DNA of 55,678 nt, from positions 1 to 55,678 of the forward strand of contig CAJWCD010000005.1 in the NCBI GenBank assembly GCA_913020725.1, written 5' to 3'. The position numbers were made by a program, and so were the translations under genes. The number at the start of each line of letters is the position of its first letter. Position 1 is the first letter of the stretch. The notes below the pieces were generated by a model, which was not told the origin of the DNA, made no database searches, and worked only from the letters and a program-made list of their open reading frames with translations. Origin of the DNA: an uncultured Pseudomonadota bacterium. Lineage in GTDB: Bacteria; SAR324; NAC60-12. Shown piece after piece: positions 19,666 through 29,605 of the stretch.

Positions 19666-20448
19666 ATGAGTCATTGTGCAAAGTCCATCGCCGCCCTCCA
19701 ATCCCTGAAATCCCCGTGGGTGATCGCCCACCGTGGATTCAGCGGGCAGTTTCCGGAAAACACCTTGGTCGCGTTTGAGGCGGCGGTCGGGGGCAGAGCC
19801 GACATGATCGAACTGGATGTCTCACTAAGCCGTGAGCGCGTTCCGCTCGTCATTCACGATGATACGCTCGAGCGCACCACCAGCGGTTCCGGACGAGTGC
19901 AGGATTTGACTCTGCCGGAATTGCAACGACTTGATGCCGGAAACTGGTTTGGAGAACCGTTCCGGGGTGCCCGGATTCCGACATTGGAAGAGGTGTTTCG
20001 ACGAGTCGGGCCGCAAATCGCCATCAACGTAGAACTCAAACCGAAAGGCTTCGAGGAAGACAACCCGGAGGATGCTCTGGAACGGCAAGTGCTGGACCTC
20101 ATCCGTAAGCATGGACTCCATGAATCAACCCTCATTTCCAGCTTCGAATGGCGTTTCTTTCCAAGAATCCGGCAGCTCAATTCCGAAATTCCACTAGCGG
20201 TCTTGTGGGGTGCAGGCCCGCTGGAGTCAGCACTGGAAACCGCACAAACTCATCGCGCTGTCACCCTCAATCCGGACGAGGGACAACTGACGCCTCGATT
20301 GGTCGAACAAGCCCATGCGGTGGGTTTGCGTGTGTTGTCCTACACGGTCAACACACGGGAGCGGATGCAGGAGGTGCTATCGTGGGGAGTGGACGGGTTG
20401 TTCACAAACGAACCCGTCCTGATGCGAGAGGTGCTGGCAGCAGGATGA
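19666..20448 (+). CDS. Glycerophosphodiester phosphodiesterase
   Basis: 'IAHRG', 'PENTL', 'IELDV', 'IHDDTLERTT', 'NVELK', 'YTVN', 'GVDGLFTN'. Confidence 0.92.
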   Translation: MSHCAKSIAALQSLKSPWVIAHRGFSGQFPENTLVAFEAAVGGRADMIELDVSLSRERVPLVIHDDTLERTTSGSGRVQDLTLPELQRLDAGNWFGEPFRGARIPTLEEVFRRVGPQIAINVELKPKGFEEDNPEDALERQVLDLIRKHGLHESTLISSFEWRFFPRIRQLNSEIPLAVLWGAGPLESALETAQTHRAVTLNPDEGQLTPRLVEQAHAVGLRVLSYTVNTRERMQEVLSWGVDGLFTNEPVLMREVLAAG

Positions 20449-21462
20449 TCAGGCCGCCTGTTGTGTGAATTCGACCAGCGCGTCCAATATTGTTTGGGCG
20501 TTGCCGGAATCGATGGCTTCAGTAGCGAGCGTGACCCCGGTTTTGAGGTCGTCCACGACTCCGGAGACCACCAAGGCTCCGGCGGTGTTCATCAACGCGA
20601 TGGTGCGAGCAGGGCCTTGTTCGGTTCCAGCAAGGATGCCCCGGATCGTGGCTGCACTTTCCTCGGCCTCTGTGATGCGGATGGCATCCAAATCCCCGCG
20701 CTCCAGCCCCAGTTCTTCAGGTGTAACCGTGTATTCCCGGATTTCTCCATCCCGGAGTTCTGCGACAAAGGTGGTTCCGGACATCGTGAGTTCGCAGAGT
20801 CCGTCTTCCCCGTGGACGACCAGCACCTGCTTAGACCCAAGGCGTTTCAGCACCTCGGCAATGGTACGGGTCAATGCTTGGTTCGGCACCCCGATCAATT
20901 GCCGCTTGGCTCCGGCAGGATTGGTGAGTGGTCCCAGCAGGTTGAAAACCGTCGGCACACCCAATTCCCTGCGGATTGGCCCCGCAAAACGCATCGCGGG
21001 GTGATGGTTGACCGCGTAGCAGAAACACAGCCCAAGCTCATCAAGGCACTGCTGCACCCCTTCGACGCCCATGCCGATGTTGACCCCCAGCATCTCCAGC
21101 ACCTCGGCGCTGCCACTTTTGCGCGTGTTCGAGCGGTTGCCGTGTTTGGCGACCACCGCCCCTGCCGCCGCCGCGATGATCGCCGCACAGGTCGAGATGT
21201 TGAAGGTACTGATGCCGTTGCCGCCCGTGCTACAGGTGTCAATGACGTTTTCCGGTGCCCGAATCTTCATCGCCCGCTCGCGCATCGCCGAGGCCGCCCC
21301 AGCCATCTCGTCCGGAATCGTGCCCTTCGCCTGCAAGAGCGCCAGCAGCGCCGCCGCCTTCACCGGAACCGCCTCCTCGCTCATGATCCACAGGATCATC
21401 TCACGGGCTTCGTCAAAACTCAGGTTTTCGCCACGCAGCAGTTTTTGCAGCAGTTCAGTCAT
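20449..21462 (-). CDS. trpD: Anthranilate phosphoribosyltransferase
   Basis: 'DTCSTGG', 'TFNIST', 'KHGNRS', 'HHPAM', 'TVFNLLGPLTNP'. Confidence 0.92.
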   Translation of the reverse strand: MTELLQKLLRGENLSFDEAREMILWIMSEEAVPVKAAALLALLQAKGTIPDEMAGAASAMRERAMKIRAPENVIDTCSTGGNGISTFNISTCAAIIAAAAGAVVAKHGNRSNTRKSGSAEVLEMLGVNIGMGVEGVQQCLDELGLCFCYAVNHHPAMRFAGPIRRELGVPTVFNLLGPLTNPAGAKRQLIGVPNQALTRTIAEVLKRLGSKQVLVVHGEDGLCELTMSGTTFVAELRDGEIREYTVTPEELGLERGDLDAIRITEAEESAATIRGILAGTEQGPARTIALMNTAGALVVSGVVDDLKTGVTLATEAIDSGNAQTILDALVEFTQQAA

Positions 21463-21524
21463 GGTGGATTTTGGGTGAGGAGTCAGGACGATTCAGGGGT
21501 GGATTTTTCGGAGGCGTCTGCCCG

Positions 21525-24500
21525 CTACATGTTGCGCCGATATTGTCCGCCAAGTTGGTAAAGTTCCTGAGTGACTTGGCCCAGCGAACAGACTTTAGCA
21601 CAATCCATCAACGCCGCAAAGGTGTTTCCTCCGTGCAGGGCCGCCTTCCGGAGTTGATCGAGCGCTTTTTCGCGGGTTTCGGCGTGGAAGCTCTGGAAAT
21701 GTTCGAGGTCACGGATTTGCCACTGCTTCTCGTCCTCAGTGGAGCGGGCGAGTTCGATCTCCTCGTCTTCGGTCTGTGGTGCGGGGTTGAGGAAGGTGTT
21801 GATGCCGACCAGCGGGAGTTCTCCGGAATGCTTGAGGGTTTCGTAGAGCAGCGATTCCTCCTGAATCTTGTTGCGCTGGTACATCGTTTCCATCGCACCA
21901 AACACACCACCCCGCTCGGAGAGGCGCACGAACTCGCTGAGGATCGCCTCTTCCACGAGGTCCGTGAGTTCCTCAATGAGGAAACTGCCCTGAAGCGGAT
22001 TCTGGTTGAAGGCCTGTCCAAGTTCGCGGCTGATGATGAGTTGAATCGCCAACGCCCGCCGCACACTTTCCTGCGTCGGGGTGGTAATCGCCTCGTCGTA
22101 GGCGTTGGTGTGCAGAGAGTTGCAGTTGTCGTAGATTGCGTAGAGGGCCTGAAGCGTGGTGCGGATGTCGTTGAAGTCCATCTCCATCGCGTGCAGCGAG
22201 CGTCCGGAAGTCTGGATGTGGTACTTGAGCTTTTGCGAACGCTCATCTGCCCCGTAGAAGTCGCGTAAGGCCACCGCGAAAATGCGCCGCGCCACGCGGC
22301 CAATCACGGCATATTCCGGGTCCATCCCATTGCTGAAAAAATAGCTCAGGTTTTGCGCGAAACCATTGATGGATAGTCCGCGAGCAAGGTAGTATTCGAT
22401 GATCGTGAAACCGTTTGCCAGCGTGAAGGCGACCTGCGAAATCGGGTTCGCCCCGGCTTCGGCGATGTGGTAGCCGGAGATGCTGACGGAGTAGAAATTG
22501 CGGACGCGATAGTTCGTGAAAAATTCTTGGATGTCGCCCATCATGCGCATAGCGAATCCGGTGGAGAAGATGCAGGTGTTCTGCGCTTGGTCCTCCTTGA
22601 GGATGTCGGCTTGCACGGTGCCGCGTACATTTTGCAGCACCTCATCCCGGATACGTCCATACGTTTCTGCGTCAACCAATTCCGCTCCAGATAACCCCAG
22701 CAGCCCCAGCCCCAGCCCATTGTTGCCGTCGGGAACTTCCATGCGATATTCCGGGGCCGGAATCCCCTGCGACTGCCAGCGTGCGGCGATGGTTTTTTTC
22801 GCGGACTCCAGCCTTCCGGACTCGCGCAGGTGCCGCTCGACCTGCTGATCGGTGGCGGCGTTCATGAAGAAGGCAAGGATTGTCGGTGCAGGACCGTTGA
22901 TCGTCATTGACACCGAGGTGTTCGGTGTGATCAGATCGAATCCGGAGTAGAGCCGCTTGGCATCATCCAGCGTACAAACGGAAACCCCGGCGTTGCCAAC
23001 TTTCCCGTAGATATCCGGGCGGCGATGCGGGTCTGAACCGTAAAGCGTCACGGAATCGAATGCCGTGCTGAGGCGCGTTGCGGGTTGGTCTTTGGCGACA
23101 TAATGAAAACGCCGGTTGGTACGTTCGGACGTGCCCTCACCCGCGAACATCCGGGTGGGGTCTTCGTTTTCGCGTTTGAAGGGGAAGACGCCGGAAGTGT
23201 AGGGGAATTCGCCCGGAAAGTTCTCCAGCCCAAGCCAGCGCACGATCTCGCTCCAACTCTCGAAGCGAGGCACCGCGACCTTTGGGATGTTGAGACCAGA
23301 TAAGCTAAGCTTGCGGTTCTGCACCTCCAGCGTCTTGTCCCGGACTTGATAACAAAACACTTCACCGAGGTAGTTCTGCCGTCGCTCCTGAAACTCCACA
23401 AGTTGCTGCCACAACGATTCCGGAAACGCCTTCAGTTTCTCGTTGTAGAGCGTCGCCACCGGGCGCATCGCTTCCGTAAGCTGCTCGACATCTGCAAGTT
23501 GGAGCAGGTTTCCCGTTTGCGCAGGTGCGCCACCCCGCGCTACCTTCTGGGACTTTCCCCCTTTGGAACTTTGCTCCTCGACTCCGAATTGTCGCAGCGT
23601 CCCTTGCAACTGATCCAACTCACGAGCCTGCTCAGTGTGTTGCTGCACTTGCGCCTTGTAATCCCTGACGGTCGCGGCGATGCGGCGCAGGTAATCCTTG
23701 CGCTCCGCTGGGATCAATTCCGTTGCTGTGGAAGTAGCAGATTCCGCCGTGTAGCGGCGCTCCCATTCCAGAGGTTTCTGCTCCAAGAGCAGGTCGATCA
23801 TGCGCGTGTAGAACCAGTTGGTTCCGGGATCGTTGAATCCGCTGGCGACCACTCCGAAGACCGGGAAATTTTTCGGGTTCGCGTCAAACAAACCGTGGCT
23901 GCGGCGGTACTGCTTGCGGACCGCGTTGAGAGCATCTTCGGCTCCAGGTTTATCGAACTTGTTGACGACAATGACATCCGCGAAGTCGAGCATGTCAATC
24001 TTCTCAAGCTGCGTCGCCGCGCCGAACTCCGGGGTCATCACATAGATGCTGAAGTCCACGAGGTCAGTGATCTCGGAATCGCTCTGGCCGATCCCGGCGG
24101 TTTCGACAAGCACGAGGTCGTAGCGGGCCGCACGGAGCAGGCGGATGGTGTGCTGGAGGGCTTCAGAGGTGGCGAGGTGCGAGCGTCGCGTCGCCAGTGA
24201 ACGCATGAACACCCGTGGTGAATTCACGGCATTCATACGCAAACGGTCTCCAAGCAACGCCCCTCCGCTCTTACGCTTGGAGGGATCAACCGAGACCACA
24301 GCGATGTGCTTCTCCGGAAACTCCAACAGGAAGCGCCGCACGATTTCGTCCGTGAGGCACGATTTGCCCGCACCGCCCGTTCCAGTCAGGCCGACCACTG
24401 GCACCTCCGGGTTCTCCGGAAGGTCGCTCAGCGCTTTGCGGATGAGTTTGGGGCGCTCCAGATTTTCCTCGATCCAGGTGATGCTTTGGGCAACGTGGCC

Positions 24501-25001
24501 GACGTTTTCCGGAACAAGCCGCGCCGCATCCGGAGCGAAATCTTCCGGGATGGTGGAGAAATCCGAACGCTCCAACATGTCCGCGATCATACCCTCCAGT
24601 CCAAGTTGCCGCCCGTCCTCCGGAGAGTAGATGCGGCTCACGCCGTAATCCATCAATCCTTGAATCTCACGGGGGATGATGACTCCACCGCCGCCGCCAA
24701 AAACTTGGATGTGCTCTGCCCCCTTTTCACATAGCAGGTCCACCATGTAGCGGAAGAACTCGTTGTGGCCGCCCTGATAGGAACTGACGGCGATGCCCTG
24801 CGCGTCCTCCTGAATAGCGACATCCACAATTTCCTCGACGCCTCGGTCGTGTCCCAAGTGGATCACCTCGGCCCCCTGTACTTGCATGATGCGGCGCATG
24901 ATGTTGATCGAAGCATCGTGCCCGTCGAAAAGACTGGTGGCCGTGACCATCCGCACGGGATGCTGAAGCGTGGGACGCTTGCTAGGGAGAGGCCGGTTCA
25001 T
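21525..25001 (-). CDS. icmF: Fused isobutyryl-CoA mutase / MeaB-type GTPase
   Basis: B12-binding '[13 protein letters not shown]', GTPase 'GTGGAGKS' and 'LLGDRLRMN', mutase 'TRMFAGEG', 'RLSTAFD', '[12 protein letters not shown]', ends 'GGQYRRNM'. Confidence 0.95.
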   Translation of the reverse strand: MNRPLPSKRPTLQHPVRMVTATSLFDGHDASINIMRRIMQVQGAEVIHLGHDRGVEEIVDVAIQEDAQGIAVSSYQGGHNEFFRYMVDLLCEKGAEHIQVFGGGGGVIIPREIQGLMDYGVSRIYSPEDGRQLGLEGMIADMLERSDFSTIPEDFAPDAARLVPENVGHVAQSITWIEENLERPKLIRKALSDLPENPEVPVVGLTGTGGAGKSCLTDEIVRRFLLEFPEKHIAVVSVDPSKRKSGGALLGDRLRMNAVNSPRVFMRSLATRRSHLATSEALQHTIRLLRAARYDLVLVETAGIGQSDSEITDLVDFSIYVMTPEFGAATQLEKIDMLDFADVIVVNKFDKPGAEDALNAVRKQYRRSHGLFDANPKNFPVFGVVASGFNDPGTNWFYTRMIDLLLEQKPLEWERRYTAESATSTATELIPAERKDYLRRIAATVRDYKAQVQQHTEQARELDQLQGTLRQFGVEEQSSKGGKSQKVARGGAPAQTGNLLQLADVEQLTEAMRPVATLYNEKLKAFPESLWQQLVEFQERRQNYLGEVFCYQVRDKTLEVQNRKLSLSGLNIPKVAVPRFESWSEIVRWLGLENFPGEFPYTSGVFPFKRENEDPTRMFAGEGTSERTNRRFHYVAKDQPATRLSTAFDSVTLYGSDPHRRPDIYGKVGNAGVSVCTLDDAKRLYSGFDLITPNTSVSMTINGPAPTILAFFMNAATDQQVERHLRESGRLESAKKTIAARWQSQGIPAPEYRMEVPDGNNGLGLGLLGLSGAELVDAETYGRIRDEVLQNVRGTVQADILKEDQAQNTCIFSTGFAMRMMGDIQEFFTNYRVRNFYSVSISGYHIAEAGANPISQVAFTLANGFTIIEYYLARGLSINGFAQNLSYFFSNGMDPEYAVIGRVARRIFAVALRDFYGADERSQKLKYHIQTSGRSLHAMEMDFNDIRTTLQALYAIYDNCNSLHTNAYDEAITTPTQESVRRALAIQLIISRELGQAFNQNPLQGSFLIEELTDLVEEAILSEFVRLSERGGVFGAMETMYQRNKIQEESLLYETLKHSGELPLVGINTFLNPAPQTEDEEIELARSTEDEKQWQIRDLEHFQSFHAETREKALDQLRKAALHGGNTFAALMDCAKVCSLGQVTQELYQLGGQYRRNM

Positions 25002-25012
25002 GGAAAATCAAA

Positions 25013-26110
25013 TCAGGAAATTCCTGCAATGGACAGCATTTCAACGCGATTCATGCCGTACATTTCACCGCAGTTCATGATCTGCTCCCAAGTATTCTCG
25101 TCAATGGGAATACCCTGCGCTCCACGCTGTTCGCGCATGGTGCGTTCCGGCTCTCCTGCAATCTGAACGGGTTGGCTCGGGTCCGCTGGAGGGGAAGCCT
25201 TGAAGTAGTCCACCAATGCTTCTATCTCTTGGTGCATCCAAGATTGTTCGACGAGTCGAGAAGGATCAAATAGAATGGAAAGCATATTGTTGACGATGCT
25301 GCCCTCACGGGGGTTTCCGGGCTGGATTGTGCCGTTGCCCGTAAGAACGCCTGCGAGCAGTTCACAGAAGAGCGCAAGGCCAAAGCCCTTGTAGGCGCCC
25401 AGCGGCATGAGCGCCCCCAGCGGCGGGCTGTCCTCCTTCGGGAACAGGTAACCTTCCATCACCCTTGGGTTGCGGGTGGGTTGTCCGTTGTGGTCAATGA
25501 GCCAGTTTTCTGGAACCTCCTCCTCCTTGTTGATCGCCACCCGCACCTTACCGAGCGCGACTTGGCTCGTGGCCATGTCCAAGATGATGGGCGGCTGCTT
25601 GTCGGTGCCCGGAATTGCGAAGCAGAGGGGGTTTGTGGAAAAACGCGCATCGGAGCCACCGTAGGGCGCCACCAGCGGATGGTGATCCGTGACGTTAACG
25701 AAACTCAGTGACACCAACCCAGCGGCCACCGCCTGTTCTCCATAGGTTCCAACCCGGCTGACGTGCTGCGAATTTCTTAGTGCCATCAGCACCAATCCGG
25801 ACTCCTTACAGCGCTCGATCGCTCGTGCTGTCGCCTCCCGTGCCACCACATGGCCATAACCACTCTGACCGTCGAACACAAGAATGCTGCCGTCCTCCCG
25901 GACGAGTTGAACATGCTGGTTCGGGTGCAGCAGCCCTTTTTGCAAACGCTCGAAGTACATCGGAAGCATCCCGACGCCGTGGCTGTCGTGCCCGGAGAGG
26001 TTCGCCAGTACAAGATGATCCGAGATGATTTCGGCTTCGGTTTCGAAACTGCCTCCGCTTTGAAGGATGGCAACGACCAGTTGTTTGAGGGATGCTGACT
26101 GGATGAGCAT
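25013..26110 (-). CDS. Ldh_2 family (malate/L-lactate/ureidoglycolate-type) dehydrogenase, YbiC/HcxB-like
   Basis: 'ANLSGHDSHG', 'STNP', 'LDMATS', 'YKGFGL', 'GEPE'. Confidence 0.88.
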   Translation of the reverse strand: MLIQSASLKQLVVAILQSGGSFETEAEIISDHLVLANLSGHDSHGVGMLPMYFERLQKGLLHPNQHVQLVREDGSILVFDGQSGYGHVVAREATARAIERCKESGLVLMALRNSQHVSRVGTYGEQAVAAGLVSLSFVNVTDHHPLVAPYGGSDARFSTNPLCFAIPGTDKQPPIILDMATSQVALGKVRVAINKEEEVPENWLIDHNGQPTRNPRVMEGYLFPKEDSPPLGALMPLGAYKGFGLALFCELLAGVLTGNGTIQPGNPREGSIVNNMLSILFDPSRLVEQSWMHQEIEALVDYFKASPPADPSQPVQIAGEPERTMREQRGAQGIPIDENTWEQIMNCGEMYGMNRVEMLSIAGIS

Positions 26111-26164
26111 GGAGAGTTTGAGTTTCGAGAAGTGGGTTGAGGTTCAGAAGTACATTCGGATCAC

Positions 26165-26388
26165 TCACGCGGCATAGCGCAACATCTCCAGATCTACCCC
26201 GCGTTCCGCGGCCTGTTCCGCCTGCTTGAGTAATTTCCGGTTGATTTCAACCGACAGGTACTCTTCCCCGCAGTTGTCGCAAACTTCTGCGGGGACATTC
26301 TTGTAAACCAGTGTGGTCTGACCTCGTTCCAGCACAATGGTTGTTCGTCCGGCTTGGGTTTCCCCCCTCGGCAGATTGCACATTTCAT
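26165..26388 (-). pseudogene. YgiT-type zinc-finger (MqsA-like antitoxin), frameshifted
   Basis: 'MKCAICRGG' from ATG 26388 joins 'ETQAGRTTIVLERG...KNVPAEVCDNCGEEY' only if one G is added to the G6 run (26362-26367), restoring both CxxC motifs. Confidence 0.8.
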
Positions 26389-26676
26389 AGCATCTTCCTT
26401 TCTCTGAAATCATTGCTCCATTTCAGAGGGTCAGGTTCATACACTGTAATCAGATAAAGTCTGTGTTGCCCTTGATCAACTCCAACCACTGCGTGGAGCG
26501 GTCGCCCTGCTTTGGACTCTCCATTCACAAAGACACTTGGGAACGGAAGATCATCCGGATAGTGTTCGGGTCATGCTCCCATTCTCCAAGACTGCTGTGA
26601 CATCGTTCTCCGCGATACGTCGCTCGAATATTCTGCGCGTTGCATGGGCACGATAGACAATTTTCCACTCAGCAAT
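26385..26676 (-). pseudogene. DUF4258-family toxin-like gene, frameshifted and without an in-frame start
   Basis: 'IVYRAHATRRIFERRIAENDVTAVLENG', then one extra base near 26568-26570, then 'EHYPDDLPFPS...GRPLHAVVG...ITVYEPDPLKWSNDFRERK'; its stop overlaps the YgiT ATG (ATGA). Confidence 0.8.
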
Positions 26677-26717
26677 TGTTGCACCTAAGTGCTCACAAAA
26701 CTACACCCGCCTTCAAC

Positions 26718-27902
26718 TCAAGCCGTGAACGCCTGAATGCCCGTCTGAGCGCGTCCGAGGATGAGTGCATGGATGTCGTGGGTGCCCTCGTAAGTGTTCA
26801 CCGTTTCCAAATTGAGCACATGGCGCATGACGTGGAACTCGTCCGAGATGCCGTTGCCACCGTGCATATCGCGGGACATCCGAGCGATGTCCAGTGCCTT
26901 GCCCGCATTGTTGCGTTTCATCAACGAGATCAGTTCCGGGGCACATTTCCCTTCGTCCATCATGCGTCCCATACGCAAACATCCCTGAAGTCCGAGGGTG
27001 ATTTCGGTCTGCATATCCGCAAGTTTCTTCTGAATGAGTTGGTTCGCGGCAAGCGGACGCCCGAACTGGATGCGGTCTAGGGTGTACTGCCGTGCGGCCT
27101 GCCAGCAGAATTCCGCTGCACCCATCGCCCCCCACGCGATGCCATAGCGTGCTTTGTTGAGACAGCCGAACGGCCCCTTGAGTCCTTCAACATTCGGAAG
27201 TAGGTTCTCGTCTGGAACAAAAACATTGTCCATCACGATCTCACCCGTAATCGAAGCCTTGAGTGAGAGCTTCCCCACGATCTTCGGGGCGCTCAAGCCC
27301 TGCATGCCCTGCTCCAGAATGAACCCCCGGATGCGTCCCTCATCGTTTTTCGCCCAGACCACGAAGACATTGGCGATCGGCGAGTTAGTGATCCACATCT
27401 TGTTGCCGGACAACTGGAAGCCGCCTGCGACTTTGCGGGCGCGGGTTTCCATGCTTCCTGGGTCCGAACCGTGGTTGGGTTCGGTGAGTCCGAAGCACCC
27501 CACCCACTCGCCTGTGGCCAACTTGGGCAGGTATTTTCGGCGCTGCTCCTCGGAACCGTAAGCGTAGATCGGGTGCATCACGAGGCTGGACTGTACGCTC
27601 ATCACCGAGCGGTATCCGGAATCAACCCGCTCCATCTCGCGGGCAATCAGGCCATACGCCACATGGTTCGCTCCAACACCACCGTACTCCTCCGGAATCG
27701 TCGAGCCGAGAAAGCCCAACTGGCCCAGTTCGTTGAGGATTTCGTGGTCAAAGGTCTCCGTGCGGGTGGCCTCCAGGATGCGGGGCATCAGCTTGGACTG
27801 GCAGTAGTCGTGCGCGGTTTCGCAGATGAGCTGTTCTTCTTCGGTGAGCTGCTCGGTGAGCAGCATGGGGTCGGGCCAATTGAAGGTGGGGTTGGCAGTC
27901 AT
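26718..27902 (-). CDS. gcdH: Glutaryl-CoA dehydrogenase
   Basis: 'ERVDSGYRS', '[14 protein letters not shown]', 'KMWITNSP', '[16 protein letters not shown]', '[24 protein letters not shown]'. Confidence 0.95.
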   Translation of the reverse strand: MTANPTFNWPDPMLLTEQLTEEEQLICETAHDYCQSKLMPRILEATRTETFDHEILNELGQLGFLGSTIPEEYGGVGANHVAYGLIAREMERVDSGYRSVMSVQSSLVMHPIYAYGSEEQRRKYLPKLATGEWVGCFGLTEPNHGSDPGSMETRARKVAGGFQLSGNKMWITNSPIANVFVVWAKNDEGRIRGFILEQGMQGLSAPKIVGKLSLKASITGEIVMDNVFVPDENLLPNVEGLKGPFGCLNKARYGIAWGAMGAAEFCWQAARQYTLDRIQFGRPLAANQLIQKKLADMQTEITLGLQGCLRMGRMMDEGKCAPELISLMKRNNAGKALDIARMSRDMHGGNGISDEFHVMRHVLNLETVNTYEGTHDIHALILGRAQTGIQAFTA

Positions 27903-28054
27903 TTCAGTTTATCGGGGTTGGCATTCATAACTCTATAGAATATCTGGAACCTGCTCCACTCGCAAATGCTAACTCGGAAGAGCGGGGTTCGTGTTGCAAG
28001 GCGATGGGGCATTGAGTATGATTGATACTTTTCACCTTCCGCAAGGACACCTGC

Positions 28055-28543
28055 ATGGATCGATTGCTTTCACGTCTCCTGTTTGTCATCTGGATCAGCC
28101 TGACCTTACCTTTCACACTGATTTCTGCAGAAGGCGACCCTGCATTTGAGCAACGTTTCCGCGACCTGTCCGACTCACTGCGCTGCCCCACCTGTCAGGG
28201 CATTTCCGTCAAGGATTCGGCGGCAGGGTTCTCGACGAGCATGAAGCTTAAGATCCGAGAGTTAATGAACTCCGGGTATTCAGATGAAGAGGTCCGGGCG
28301 TACTTTGTGGAGCGTTACGGGGTGTGGATTCTGCGTGCGCCACCCAAGCAGGGCTTCAATCTGCTGCTCTGGGGGCTTCCCGGAATTGGCTTAGTGGTCG
28401 TGCTTGGCGTGGTGCTGCTACGCTCTAAGCGCTGGGTCCGGAAAGAGCAAGAGCTTGGACTCCCTCCCTTGAGCGTCGAGGAGGAGGCGTTGATTGCGCA
28501 GGACTTGCGGCGCTTTGAGCGCAGTCAGGAAATTAGGGCTTGA
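28055..28543 (+). CDS. ccmH: Cytochrome c-type biogenesis protein CcmH (CcmL-like N-terminal domain)
   Basis: 'LRCPTCQG', 'YFVERYG..ILRAPP', TM segment 'LLLWGLP'. Confidence 0.88.
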   Translation: MDRLLSRLLFVIWISLTLPFTLISAEGDPAFEQRFRDLSDSLRCPTCQGISVKDSAAGFSTSMKLKIRELMNSGYSDEEVRAYFVERYGVWILRAPPKQGFNLLLWGLPGIGLVVVLGVVLLRSKRWVRKEQELGLPPLSVEEEALIAQDLRRFERSQEIRA

Positions 28544-29582
28544 GCCGAAAGGCGTTCAGGTTCTCGAAGTCGATGCGGTAGTCGAGTTGGCTTTCCACGT
28601 CGAACTCAGCAAGGTAGTTTTGGTACAAGCGCCCCTCACGCTGTTGGTAGGTTTCAATGAAAGACTGGTCAAACTCCTCGCGTTCATCAATCTCAAACAG
28701 CCGGGCCGTGGCGGTTCGAGGAGAAAGATCCAAGTGAACTCGGAGGTCGATCAGTTGCTCAAAGTCCGGCAGAAACAAAGGACCGCCCCACGCCAGCAGA
28801 ATCCCTTCCGGGGGAGCGAAAAACGGGAATATCGTCACCTCCAACGACTCCAGCAACCCCGGTTCGGACTCAATCACAACCTGTTTCCCAGCGCTGTAAG
28901 GCCGCAGCACTTCCTCCAGCACCCAACTCCGGATTTGCAGACTTTTCCAGTAGCGGGCCTCGCTCTGCGCCTCAAACTCCATTCCCAGCAATTCGGTCAA
29001 ATCCAAGCCCGAAACAAGTTGCCCAAGCTCTTCGAATGCTTCCATGAGCTCGGCAATCACAAAGGCATGCCCGCAATCGTCGGGTCCGCCGACTCCAATG
29101 GTCAGCGGCAGTTGTGGGGAATGGCGCTTGACCTCCACCAGCAGGTGAGCCAAATCATGCGCCGAAGCACGGCTGGGGTGGAGAATTTCCAGCAGGTCGG
29201 CAAAGTGCTGAAAGTGCAGTCCGTCTGCCACTTCGGATTCAGAGTTGTCGCCCGCAAACCAACAGTTTTGCTCTGCCAACTGTGCTTGAGTTTCCGGATG
29301 ACTTGTCACCCAAAACACTCCCTCGTTACTCAGGGCGGGATTGGCTTGTATCAACTCCTGCGGGGGGCCGCTCAAATACGCCACCTGCGGGCTTCCCGAC
29401 CAGCGACCTTCCGGAACGTCCGATTCCACAGCGTACAAGCGGAATCCGCGCTGTTCGAAAATCGTCAGGATTTCACGGAATCCGCCCCAGTCCTCCTTCC
29501 GGAAATCCCGAACGAAACTTGGCAAATCGAAGACAATGGTGTGGACGCGGTTTGGATGAAAAGCGGGCATGGTCGTGTTCAA
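28533..29582 (-). CDS. Hypothetical protein; C-terminal degenerate uridine-kinase-like fold
   Basis: Acidic 349-aa ORF filling the gap; 'TIGVGGPDDCGHA' pseudo-Walker A, 'FLP...IDLRVHLD'. Confidence 0.6.
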   Translation of the reverse strand: MNTTMPAFHPNRVHTIVFDLPSFVRDFRKEDWGGFREILTIFEQRGFRLYAVESDVPEGRWSGSPQVAYLSGPPQELIQANPALSNEGVFWVTSHPETQAQLAEQNCWFAGDNSESEVADGLHFQHFADLLEILHPSRASAHDLAHLLVEVKRHSPQLPLTIGVGGPDDCGHAFVIAELMEAFEELGQLVSGLDLTELLGMEFEAQSEARYWKSLQIRSWVLEEVLRPYSAGKQVVIESEPGLLESLEVTIFPFFAPPEGILLAWGGPLFLPDFEQLIDLRVHLDLSPRTATARLFEIDEREEFDQSFIETYQQREGRLYQNYLAEFDVESQLDYRIDFENLNAFRLKP

Positions 29583-29605
29583 AACAGTGAGTTAAGGGTT
29601 GAGGA

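Noticed and set aside
26357-26368. GGGAAAC as a programmed -1 frameshift site in the YgiT gene
   Set aside because: The heptamer is phased GGG-AAA-C, not X-XXY-YYZ, and the partner gene is also broken.
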